Source of the DNA: Synechococcales cyanobacterium bin2.concoct.b11b12b14.033
GTDB taxonomy: Bacteria; Cyanobacteriota; Vampirovibrionia; Caenarcaniphilales; Caenarcanaceae
Length of the DNA: 58,029 bases
Reading direction: 5' to 3'
Assembly: GCA_013298875.1 (NCBI GenBank)
Contig: JAAFJH010000003.1
Coordinates: 1 to 58,029, forward strand
Part shown: positions 10,523-20,367 of the stretch, in pieces
How the letters are laid out: each line of letters starts with the position of its first letter
Position numbering within the stretch: the stretch's first letter is position 1
Made by a program: the position numbers and the translations under genes
The notes under the pieces: generated by a model
What the model was told of the DNA's origin: nothing
The model's database searches: none
What the model saw: only the letters and a program-made list of their open reading frames with translations

Positions 10523-11485
10523 ATGGACATAATTGTAAAAATGAATTTTGGTTCTTTGGTATATGGGACTAATTTACCTACAAGCGATCAAGATTTTAAA
10601 ATGATCTATATACCGGATGCAAAAGATATATTGTTAGGTAGAATACAGAATAGTATTGTGAGTCACTCAACCAAACAAAAAAATACACAGGATGATGTAG
10701 ATTATGAGAATTATGCTTATCATTATTTCTTGAAATTGCTATGTTCGGGTCAAACAGTAGCATTAGATATGTTGTTCACCCCCGAAAATCATTTATTATT
10801 AAAAACTTCTTTATGGGAAGAGATTTTATCGTTAAAGGATAAATTTATCTCTAAATCCCTTTATCCTTTTGTAGGTTATTGCAAAAGTCAAGCTTATAAA
10901 TACAGTATTAAAGGTGTTCGTATAAAAGAAGCAAAACAGGCTCTTGAAGTGTTAAAGCCTCATTATTTAAAATCACCTCAAATAAATTTAGAAGAAATTC
11001 TAATTGAATATGAAAAGATGATTCCAGAATGCACTCATATAAAAATAGAAAACAAAGTCAATAAACATAACTTAAGTGAAGATTTTTTGGTTGTGTGTGG
11101 GAAAATGATCCCTGTAAAGGCATCATTTAAATTTGCATATGGGATACTAGATACATTAGTGTCTCAATATGGTCACAGAACACTAGAGACAGAAAAGAAT
11201 AACTATGATCATAAAGCACTCTATCATGCATTCAGGGTGGCGTATGAGGCTCTTGAGTTATTAAAGACAGGTCATATAACTTTCCCTAATCCGGAAGTTT
11301 CTTTCCTTCTAGATATAAGAAAAGGATTATGTCAATATGAGGATTTGCAGTTTAAATTAGACGAATTAATAGAAGAAATAGATAAAGCAATGAATGAATC
11401 TAATTTAAGAGAAAAACCTGATTTAGACTTGGCAGATCAGTTAGTGTTAAAGGTATATAGAGATAAAATCAAAGTAAATACCTGA
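10523..11485 (+). CDS. pol-beta superfamily nucleotidyltransferase (RlaP / T4 NrdC.11-like)
   Basis: FGSLVYGTNLPTSDQDFKMIY (GS..DxD); YDHKALYHAFRV..ELLKTG.ITFP. Confidence 0.8.
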   Translation: MDIIVKMNFGSLVYGTNLPTSDQDFKMIYIPDAKDILLGRIQNSIVSHSTKQKNTQDDVDYENYAYHYFLKLLCSGQTVALDMLFTPENHLLLKTSLWEEILSLKDKFISKSLYPFVGYCKSQAYKYSIKGVRIKEAKQALEVLKPHYLKSPQINLEEILIEYEKMIPECTHIKIENKVNKHNLSEDFLVVCGKMIPVKASFKFAYGILDTLVSQYGHRTLETEKNNYDHKALYHAFRVAYEALELLKTGHITFPNPEVSFLLDIRKGLCQYEDLQFKLDELIEEIDKAMNESNLREKPDLDLADQLVLKVYRDKIKVNT

Positions 11486-11538
11486 TAGTCTAGTCTAAAA
11501 AATACAAAAATTATTTAGTTTTACTATATATAGACAAA

Positions 11539-13773
11539 ATGGCAGCAGGCGGAGTTTTAACGGGGACATACCCAAATCCTCTATTAAGGAATACAGGGGT
11601 AGTGCCAGGAACGTATGGTACTGCAACCCAAACAGCACGATTTACAGTAACTAATACAGGTCAACTTACTCTAGCACAAAATGTACCGATCTCAATCCCT
11701 GCATCTCAAGTTATTGGATTTGATGAAGCAATACAAGATGCGGTAGGTAACGCATTAGTAGACTCACCCAATATAGACTTTACGTATAATGATCCAGCCA
11801 ATATAATAACGGCTGACCTAACAAATACACCCGTAACATCAGGCACCTATAATTTACCAACCATAACAACCGATCTTAAAGGTCGAGTTACCGGCATCTC
11901 GAATGGATCGGTATTTAGTCCAGGACATACAATATATGAAGATAGCACTATTTTCCCTCAACGTTTAGGATTAAGTTTTTATGGTGCTAATTTTGATGTG
12001 GTGGATGATAACTTAAATAATCAGACAGATGTTCAATTATCCTTAACAGGGGTAGTATCGGGTTCCTATGGGTCAAACATTCAGGTACCTCAAGTCACAG
12101 TAGATCAAAAAGGTAGACTAACAATATCAGGCACTGTTCCTTTAGCGGGTCAATTACCTCCTCATGCAATACAGGAAGACAACACAACATTCACGCAGAG
12201 AGGAAATTTAAGTTTTGCGGGACAATACTTTGATTTGTCGGATGATTCTGTAAATAATCAGACTGAAGTAACGTTTGCTAGTAGCGGGATAACAGCGGGA
12301 ACATACGGATCCGCTACCCAAATTCCTCAAATTACTTATGATGTTAAGGGTAGAACTTTATCGGCTATAAATATTCCTCTCTCAATATCTTCAACTCAGA
12401 TTAATAATTTCAATGAAGCAGTACAGGATGCGGTAGGTGGAATTCTTCAAGATACCCCCAATATAGATTTCACGTATAATGATCCGGGAAATACCATAAC
12501 AGCCGACTTATTAGATAAAGCAGTTGTACCCGGTACATACAACTATGTAACTCTAACAGTAGATCAAAAAGGCTTAGTTACTTCAGCTTCATCTGGGATT
12601 TCATCATTTACTAATACGGATGGATTACCAGAGGGGGTAACTAATTTATACTTTACGAATGAGAGAGCACAGGATGCGGTCGGGAATTCATTAGTAGATT
12701 CAGCCAATATAGATTTTACATATAATGATCCAGCTAATCAAATAACAGCCGATCTAACAAATACTGGTGTAGCTTCAGGTACTTATGGTTCCGCAGGTAA
12801 TATACCAATATATCAAGTCACGACAAAAGGCAGATTAACTTCAGTCTCTACAGTTCCTATACAAATAACACCTTCCGGTATATTAGATTTCAACGAGGCA
12901 ATACAGGATGCGGTAGGTAACGCATTAGTAGACTCACCCAATATAGACTTTACATATAATGATGGAACAAATCAGATAAATTCCGTCTTAACACCTTCGG
13001 GGGTTTCTTCAGGTATATATATTAACCCTACCGTAACTATAGATACGAGAGGTAGAATTACAACAATAGCATCAAATAGTCTGATCGGAGGACATATTAT
13101 TTATGAAGATAATTCGTCTTTTGTTCAACGAGGAAATTTAAGTTTTGATGGTAATCAGTTTGATTTATCGGATGATTCCGGGAATAACCAGACAGATGTT
13201 AGGTTAAATAATACAGGTGTTGTAGCAGGAACTTACGGAAACGCTACAACAATAGGTACCTTTAATGTGACGAATAAAGGAAGGTTAACAAGTGCAGGTA
13301 CAGCAACTTTCACAAAGAAGATAGGTGTTGATAATGTTTCCTTAACAAGTCAAAATAGTCCAACAGGTCATGGATCTACCAACACAGCTATAAGATGGTT
13401 TAATGGATTAAACTTTTTAGTATTTAATGGGAATTACAATGTAGCGAATAGTGCCCCCTCAGGTATGTCATGGACAATAACTTCTGGAAATGGTGCAGGT
13501 ATTTACATGGTTACATATATAGATGCAAGTAGCAGTGGTGTTCTCAATATGGGGATAAGTCGTAACTCTACTCAATTATCAACACCAATTCAATCCATTA
13601 ACCCTTCTAATAGATTAGCGATGATTAACACGAGTGGTGCAGGGAATATTTCTTGCCTATGTTGGATTGGTGTATTAAATCCGGGAGATGTATTGAGAGC
13701 TCATACAGATGGGACAGCAAATGCAGGTGCGGGGGTAATTTATTTTAGTGTATCTAGAATGTTTAAATTCTAA
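11539..13773 (+). CDS. tail/head fibre protein, paralogue of 3184..5496
   Basis: colinear repeats; shared C-terminus TGHGST.T..GISRNS.Q..R.HTDG..RMF. Confidence 0.8.
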   Translation: MAAGGVLTGTYPNPLLRNTGVVPGTYGTATQTARFTVTNTGQLTLAQNVPISIPASQVIGFDEAIQDAVGNALVDSPNIDFTYNDPANIITADLTNTPVTSGTYNLPTITTDLKGRVTGISNGSVFSPGHTIYEDSTIFPQRLGLSFYGANFDVVDDNLNNQTDVQLSLTGVVSGSYGSNIQVPQVTVDQKGRLTISGTVPLAGQLPPHAIQEDNTTFTQRGNLSFAGQYFDLSDDSVNNQTEVTFASSGITAGTYGSATQIPQITYDVKGRTLSAINIPLSISSTQINNFNEAVQDAVGGILQDTPNIDFTYNDPGNTITADLLDKAVVPGTYNYVTLTVDQKGLVTSASSGISSFTNTDGLPEGVTNLYFTNERAQDAVGNSLVDSANIDFTYNDPANQITADLTNTGVASGTYGSAGNIPIYQVTTKGRLTSVSTVPIQITPSGILDFNEAIQDAVGNALVDSPNIDFTYNDGTNQINSVLTPSGVSSGIYINPTVTIDTRGRITTIASNSLIGGHIIYEDNSSFVQRGNLSFDGNQFDLSDDSGNNQTDVRLNNTGVVAGTYGNATTIGTFNVTNKGRLTSAGTATFTKKIGVDNVSLTSQNSPTGHGSTNTAIRWFNGLNFLVFNGNYNVANSAPSGMSWTITSGNGAGIYMVTYIDASSSGVLNMGISRNSTQLSTPIQSINPSNRLAMINTSGAGNISCLCWIGVLNPGDVLRAHTDGTANAGAGVIYFSVSRMFKF

Positions 13774-13831
13774 ACATTTCTAATAAGCTTCAAATTGGTC
13801 TTAACAAAATACAAAAATTAAATAGAAAACC

Positions 13832-15073
13832 ATGCCAGGATATTTACAACCATACGGAATGTTTCCAATTTGCTGCGGAAGTAGCGGAACTTCAGGGGGA
13901 AGTTCAGGAGGAAGTACAACACCGACGGGGCCCGCAGGAGGGTCTTTATCGGGTACATACCCCAACCCCCTATTAGCTAATACAGGAGTGACAGCCGGAA
14001 CTTATGGTTCCTCTTCACAAGTGCCTGTATTTATAGTAAACTCTTCAGGTCAGATCACATCTGTCACAAACACGCCATTATCTATAACATCCTCACAAAT
14101 ATCAGATTTAAGTGAGACTGTACAGGATATTGTGGGTACGGCATTTATAGATTCAGCCAATATAGATTTCACGTACAATGATCCTGGAAATACCATAACT
14201 GCCGATTTAACAAATACAGCGGTTTCTCCAGGTACGTATGGCTCTAATGTATTGATTCCTATCATAACGGTAGATACAAAGGGAAGGGTAACAAGTTTAA
14301 CCACAATACCTGCATCAGGTTCAACAGGAGTAACGCCTCCCGGAGGGGCAAATACTCAAGTCCAATTTAATAATGGAGGGGTATTTGGGGGGAGTCCTAC
14401 TTTTGTATTTGATCCTACTACTAATAGATTAGGTCTAGGTACAGGTAGTCCTACCGCAAAGCAAGATATAGTAGGACAAATTGACGAAGTACAATTAAAA
14501 GTCAAAGGAAACGCTACACAAACAAATGATATTGTCCAGATACAAAATAGTGCTGGTCAGAATCAATTAACGGTAGCAAATAATGGAGCTATTGAATTAG
14601 GTACCGGAGCAGTAGCGACCGAACTAGGTCAGTTAGTACACGCAAATGGTAATTTTTCAACACCAGGAGATGCTCAAACCAGTGAATACCCCTTGAGGGT
14701 TGCGACATCAACAGGCACTCAAACACCTTTAAGTATAGATGGGATAACTGAACAGATCACAATACCAGTTAATAAAACTATAATTTTTTCAGGTGTTGTG
14801 GGGGCAAGAAGTTCCATTGGGGACTCTGCTTATTGGGAAATTAGAGGGGTAATTAAAAATGATTCAGGAACTACTTCATTAGTGGGGACACCTCTAGTAA
14901 GCTATATAGCTTCTGATTTAGGTGCCTTAACATGGAATTCTGGAAACATATATTCCGCTATAGCTATAAATGCAGATAATGCTACAGATTCACTAGCTAT
15001 ATTGGTAACAGGAGAATCAGGTGTGACTATAAGATGGAATTCCTTTATAAAAACGGTAGAAATCGGTTTCTAA
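13832..15073 (+). CDS. tail fibre-like protein
   Basis: PTGPAGGSLSGTYPNP, QFNNGG.FGG, RLGLGT motifs. Confidence 0.75.
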   Translation: MPGYLQPYGMFPICCGSSGTSGGSSGGSTTPTGPAGGSLSGTYPNPLLANTGVTAGTYGSSSQVPVFIVNSSGQITSVTNTPLSITSSQISDLSETVQDIVGTAFIDSANIDFTYNDPGNTITADLTNTAVSPGTYGSNVLIPIITVDTKGRVTSLTTIPASGSTGVTPPGGANTQVQFNNGGVFGGSPTFVFDPTTNRLGLGTGSPTAKQDIVGQIDEVQLKVKGNATQTNDIVQIQNSAGQNQLTVANNGAIELGTGAVATELGQLVHANGNFSTPGDAQTSEYPLRVATSTGTQTPLSIDGITEQITIPVNKTIIFSGVVGARSSIGDSAYWEIRGVIKNDSGTTSLVGTPLVSYIASDLGALTWNSGNIYSAIAINADNATDSLAILVTGESGVTIRWNSFIKTVEIGF

Positions 15074-15127
15074 TCTCTACCAGTATATACTTAAATAATT
15101 AAATAGAAAGGTTAAAAGTTAAATCAA

Positions 15128-17032
15128 ATGACAGCAGGATTAATAGATTATTCAGGTGGTAACTTCAATGTACGGAGCGGATATGCAGCCGGAAAAGGAC
15201 TTCAGGCAAATCCAGTTGGAACAGGCATGGGTAATACTGGTTATGTTTTGTTTAAGGAACTACTAGTTAATGGTTCAAATTATGTAGGGTTTAAAGCTCC
15301 TGATAGTGTTAGTGCAAACTTATTATGGACATTACCAGCAATTGATGGGGGGAGTGGTCAAGTCTTATCCACGAATGGATCTGGTATATTAAGTTGGATA
15401 TCTCCAGGGGGAGGAGGCACAGTAACTTCAGTAGATGCTCAACCTGCTGCTGGTGCTGCTGCTGCTTTATTGAATATAACAGGAGGGGCTATAACAGGAT
15501 CTGGTACTTTTGTATTTGATTTAGATACTCAGACCGCTAACACAGTGTTTGCGGCTCCAAATGGATCAACAGGTCAACCTACTTTCAGGTCTTTGTTGGC
15601 AGCAGATATTCCTACACTCACTTCAGCAAAAATTAGTGATTTTGTAGAGGCAGCCCAAGATGCAGTTGGAAACGCCATAATTGATTCTGCGAGTATTGAT
15701 TTTACTTATGATGATACCGCTAATACTATTACAGGTATTGTGATTCCTAACACAACTAATCAGAGAGTTGTTATTAGCAATGACGGTACTGTAATAGGTA
15801 CAAGGAAACAAATTAATTTTATCCCGGGAACTGGTGTTAGTTATACAATTACAGATAACTCAGGTAGTGATAGAGTTGATTTAACTATTAATGCAGCAGC
15901 TTCTACTGCATATGCGACAGTTCAAGAGGAAGGAACTGCTTTAACTCAAAGAAGTATCTTAAACTTTATAGGTAGTGGGTTTACTGCTGCGGATGATAGT
16001 GGTAATAGTAGAACTAACGTAACGTTAGATACTGATTTAAATGCATTAGCTGACTTGACGACAACTGGTTTAATTACAAGAACCGGTTCAGGTACTGCCA
16101 CTACAAGAACCCTCACAGCAGGTACTACTAAAATCTCTGTTACTAACGGTAGTGGTGTAGCGGGTAATCCTACGATTGATTTAGGGACAGTAGCTTTAGA
16201 TGATTTATCGGATGTAGCAGTTTCAGCTCCTGCTACTGGTAATGTGATTCGTTATAATGGAACTACATGGGCAAACACTTCACTAGTTAGTACAGACATA
16301 ACAGGTTTTACTCCTGGTTCAGTTATATTTGCAGGTGCGGGTGGTGCATTAGCACAAGATAATCCCAATTTATTCTTTGATGATACTAATAATAGATTAG
16401 GTATCGGTAATGCAGCCCCTACCCAACCACTAGACGTTACAGGAAATGCAAGAGCAACCGGAACAGTAACTGGTGCAGGTATTATATCAACCCCTGTAGG
16501 TACCGGTGCTGGTAATGCCGGTTATATTAGATTAAATGAGTTAGTCGCTAATGGCTCTAACTATGTAGGTTTGAAATCTGCTGATGCTTTAGCTGCAAAT
16601 GTTACGTTTACTCTTCCAGTAGCAGACGGTACAGTAGGTCAGGCTATAGTTACAGATGGTGCAGGTAATTTATCTTTTACTGAATTGGAATATACCCAAA
16701 CCGGAACAACCACAGATGCGACTCCCTTAAACTTATCGCCTGGGTTGACAGTTGCTTCTAACTCAGCAATGACATTCCATGCTTTAATTGTTGGGAGAGA
16801 TATTCTAGGTAATGTAGCCTCATGGAAAGTGGAGGGAGGTATCAAGAGAGGAGCCGGTAATGCTTCTATCATAGATGTTGTGACAAGATCCTTACTAGCA
16901 ACAGATACTTTGGCAGTAAACTGGGATGTTACAGGAGTTGCGAGTACTAACGATTTAGTAATTCAGGTCACAGGTGCGGTTGCTACTAGTATAAACTGGA
17001 AAGCGAAAATCCGATACGTAACAGTTAGTTAG
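15128..17032 (+). CDS. tail fibre-like protein
   Basis: NGSNYVG.K repeats, LP..DG..GQ, LDDLSDV, RLGIGN motifs. Confidence 0.75.
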   Translation: MTAGLIDYSGGNFNVRSGYAAGKGLQANPVGTGMGNTGYVLFKELLVNGSNYVGFKAPDSVSANLLWTLPAIDGGSGQVLSTNGSGILSWISPGGGGTVTSVDAQPAAGAAAALLNITGGAITGSGTFVFDLDTQTANTVFAAPNGSTGQPTFRSLLAADIPTLTSAKISDFVEAAQDAVGNAIIDSASIDFTYDDTANTITGIVIPNTTNQRVVISNDGTVIGTRKQINFIPGTGVSYTITDNSGSDRVDLTINAAASTAYATVQEEGTALTQRSILNFIGSGFTAADDSGNSRTNVTLDTDLNALADLTTTGLITRTGSGTATTRTLTAGTTKISVTNGSGVAGNPTIDLGTVALDDLSDVAVSAPATGNVIRYNGTTWANTSLVSTDITGFTPGSVIFAGAGGALAQDNPNLFFDDTNNRLGIGNAAPTQPLDVTGNARATGTVTGAGIISTPVGTGAGNAGYIRLNELVANGSNYVGLKSADALAANVTFTLPVADGTVGQAIVTDGAGNLSFTELEYTQTGTTTDATPLNLSPGLTVASNSAMTFHALIVGRDILGNVASWKVEGGIKRGAGNASIIDVVTRSLLATDTLAVNWDVTGVASTNDLVIQVTGAVATSINWKAKIRYVTVS

Positions 17033-17039
17033 AGAATCG

Positions 17040-17065
17040 AAGCACCTCAACCGGGGTGCTTTTTT
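17040..17065 (+). terminator. intrinsic terminator
   Basis: AAGCACC..GGTGCTT followed by T-run. Confidence 0.75.
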
Positions 17066-17117
17066 GTTAGTAGAACTTTGTCAAGACACTAAAATTAAAT
17101 AGTGAAATAAATAAATA

Positions 17118-18104
17118 ATGGCAGATGTAATTATCAGCAATAATGCTGGAAACTTAGCAGTAGGCAAAAAGACCCCTGAAGGTAAGGTTGATGTAGAAGG
17201 TACTATTATAGGAAAGGTACTGATATCTAACCCTCAAGGTACAAGTACAGGACAAACTGGTGAATTAAGATTAAGGGAATTATCTACTAATGGTTCAAAT
17301 TATGTAGGTTTAAAATCTCCCGATACTTTAGCTTCCGATATAGTGTGGATTTTACCAAGCACAGATGGCACCACAGGGCAAGTGTTATCTACTAATGGTT
17401 CTAGTACATTAAGTTGGTTAACACTTTCTTCGGGAGGTACCCCAGGAGGAGCGACTACTAATGTGCAGTACAATAACGTAGGTGCTTTTGGTGGGGATTC
17501 AAATTTCACATATGACTCAACAAACAATCGAATTTTATTAGCCTCTCCAAGTTCGGTATCTAGTGCAAATAGAACTATATTTTCGGGAGGTCAAAACAAT
17601 ACTATTCAGTCCAGTGCAGATAATAGTGTTATATTATGAGGTCAAAGAGCGGTAGTCCGACATCAATCTGCATCCGTTACAGGTTATGATAGATTTTCGG
17701 CTGATGGAGATGCTCAAAGAAGTATATACGGATTAAGGGTGCAGACTACAAATTCGACCATCACAGATATGACAATAGATGGTGCTACAGCTTCTACCAC
17801 CACTAGATTAACATTACCAAATAATTCTCGGTGGGCATTTGAGATTTCGGTTGTTAGTGGAGATACCGCTACAGCAAATGCAGGTGCTTGGTTTTTTAGG
17901 GGTTTGATAAAAAAAACAACTACAAATGGGTCTACTTTACTAGTTGGAATAGCAGAGAAAGTAGCGTTCAAAGATGTGGCTGCTTGGGACGTAACAGTAA
18001 CAGCCGATACAACAAATGGGGCATTGAGAATTCAAGTAACAGGAGCATCCGCTACTACCATTAATTGGGTAGCGACAGTATCAACATCGGAGGTAATAGC
18101 ATAA
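17118..18104 (+). pseudogene. tail fibre-like gene with one in-frame TGA at 17637..17639
   Basis: the two track ORFs are in frame; DNSVIL*GQRAVVRHQSA versus DNSVILGGQRGVVRHQSA in paralogue 18105..20357. Confidence 0.75.
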
Positions 18105-20357
18105 ATGAGTAGTCCCAGTACAGTATATCCAGGATTAAGTCTTGCAGTAGACTCACAAAATTGTGGTATTAATGCGGTAGTGACAAGTAACACTATTGTC
18201 ATAACATTAACTCAAGCAAATGGTAGTTCAATAACTTCTTCCAGTCCGGTAATTTTACCATTTAGATCTAGACAGATAGCATTCGGTACAATATCTAATT
18301 TAGCAGTAACGTCCCCATTGACAATCTCTATTCCTGCATCCGCTACACTGGGTTTTACAGCAAATATACTAGATTATATTCATGTATTTGCATTTAATGA
18401 TTCTGGTAATTTGGTATTAGGGGTATCTGGTTCCTCAATTTATTATGATTATGGATTATTAGCGACCCCTACCAATATATCGGGTAGCTCAAATAGTGGA
18501 GCAGTGTATTATTCTTCCTCTTCTGTTACAGCGAATAGTCCTGTAATTTATGTAGGGAGAATAAAAACCCAGACCGCAATACCAAATTGGTCTAACATAA
18601 CAGAGGTCTTGTCAAGATCCGCTACATTTCAAGGGTCTTTATTACAAGCAGCAGGACCAGATACAAGTATTCAATATAATAATAATGGGGTATTGGCAGG
18701 CTCTGCTGAAAATACTTATGATTATAATAATCTAAGATTGTTATTAAATTCACGAGCGATAGCGGGAACTTTAAATATTTCAAATGGAAATTGGAACTCA
18801 ATAATATCATCTAACAATCAAGCAGCTAACACAACATTAGGTATATCTTCTACAGGAACAAATAATTTAATCCTATGTAGCTCTATAACATCTACAGGAT
18901 CTACAGGCAATTTACAAATAACAGGAGGTTCGCAAAATAGTATTATTTCTAGTAACTTAAATGCAACTACTGGAACAGCTGGTATCGTAATATCATCTAC
19001 CGGAAATAGTAATACTATTCAATCTTGTTCTTCCAACTCAACAAGTTCCTCAAATCCGGGATTAGCAATAACGGGGTCAACAGTAAGCAGTATGATTTTA
19101 GGCTGCTCTACTGGAACTAGCACGGGTAGTATTTCGATAGCGGCAGGAAATTCGTCTATAATGGCATCAAGTGTTACGAGCTCAGGGAATTTACAGATAG
19201 TAGCTGGATCTTCATCTATCATATTAGCTTCAAAAGTTACCAGTACTGGTAATATGGTATCTTCCTCATCTGGGGGACAGAATATAATACTATCATCCTC
19301 AAATACAGGATCGACAAATAAAGGGATAACAAATACAGGGACGGGTTCTAACAATATATTAATCTCTACACTTAATAGTGAAATAGGTGGTACTTTAAAC
19401 TTAGTTAGGTGCGGTATTTATTCGGGTTCTAACAATTCAATTATTCCTACCGGATCTGGAACAGTACCATTAGATTTGATGATACTTGGAGGTCAAAACA
19501 ATGCAATTAATCCTTCTGGGAGTGGGAGTAGTACAAATTCCCCAGTAAGGAATATAATAATTGGAGGAAATACCGGTACAATAGGGGGTAGTGCAACTAA
19601 TACTAATTTTTATGATAATATTATTCTTGCAGGACAAAGTAACACAATAAGCCCATCCGGTACAGGAACAACAAGTCCGGAAGTCAGATCTAATATTATT
19701 CTAGGTGGAAATACTAACAGTATAACCCCTACAGTCGGTACTACAACATTATGTAATGCAAATACTATTATAGGAGGACAGAATAATATAATATCTCCTA
19801 ATGGAACATTACAGAATTCTTCTATTGTGGGAGGTCAAAACAATACTATATCGGTGGCGAGTGCAGATAATAGTGTTATATTAGGAGGTCAGAGAGGGGT
19901 AGTTAGACACCAATCTGCTATCGTGACAGGTGCTGGTAGGTTTTCAGTGGATGGAGATGCTCAGGGTGCTACGTACCATTTAAGGGTACAGACCACAAAT
20001 GCTACTCCTGCCAATATGACTATAGATGGTGCTACAGCTTCAACCAGAACAAGATTAACATTACAAGACAATGAGCAGTGGATGTTTTATGCTTTAATTT
20101 CTTGTGGGGATACCGCATCTGTCGATGCGGCAGGTTTCAGTATACAAGGCTCGGTAAAAAGGGGTAGTGGGGTAGGTACAGTAGCATTGGTAGGTACTCC
20201 CGCAGTAGTTAATTATCGAGATACTAACTTAAATACCGCAACGGTAGCAGCAGGGGTCGATACAACTAACGGGGCTCTTAACATACAGGTTACGGGTATA
20301 ACAGGTAAAACACTTAATTGGGTGTGTAGACTAATTGTATCACAGTTAATATCGTAG
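18105..20357 (+). CDS. tail fibre/spike-like protein with beta-solenoid-like repeats
   Basis: IIGGQNN.I repeats, Ser/Thr/Gly/Asn-rich, shared C-terminal LRVQTT.ATP.NMTIDG domain. Confidence 0.75.
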   Translation: MSSPSTVYPGLSLAVDSQNCGINAVVTSNTIVITLTQANGSSITSSSPVILPFRSRQIAFGTISNLAVTSPLTISIPASATLGFTANILDYIHVFAFNDSGNLVLGVSGSSIYYDYGLLATPTNISGSSNSGAVYYSSSSVTANSPVIYVGRIKTQTAIPNWSNITEVLSRSATFQGSLLQAAGPDTSIQYNNNGVLAGSAENTYDYNNLRLLLNSRAIAGTLNISNGNWNSIISSNNQAANTTLGISSTGTNNLILCSSITSTGSTGNLQITGGSQNSIISSNLNATTGTAGIVISSTGNSNTIQSCSSNSTSSSNPGLAITGSTVSSMILGCSTGTSTGSISIAAGNSSIMASSVTSSGNLQIVAGSSSIILASKVTSTGNMVSSSSGGQNIILSSSNTGSTNKGITNTGTGSNNILISTLNSEIGGTLNLVRCGIYSGSNNSIIPTGSGTVPLDLMILGGQNNAINPSGSGSSTNSPVRNIIIGGNTGTIGGSATNTNFYDNIILAGQSNTISPSGTGTTSPEVRSNIILGGNTNSITPTVGTTTLCNANTIIGGQNNIISPNGTLQNSSIVGGQNNTISVASADNSVILGGQRGVVRHQSAIVTGAGRFSVDGDAQGATYHLRVQTTNATPANMTIDGATASTRTRLTLQDNEQWMFYALISCGDTASVDAAGFSIQGSVKRGSGVGTVALVGTPAVVNYRDTNLNTATVAAGVDTTNGALNIQVTGITGKTLNWVCRLIVSQLIS

Positions 20358-20367
20358 AGGTAAGAAA

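Noticed and set aside
3895-12790. Diversity-generating retroelement template/variable pair in the fibre repeats
   Set aside because: Mismatches are not restricted to adenines, both copies are coding, and there is no reverse transcriptase in the window
17637-17639. Genome-wide TGA recoding (code 4/25)
   Set aside because: Only one internal TGA seen; conserved genes such as NAMPT and the nucleotidyltransferase end properly at TGA
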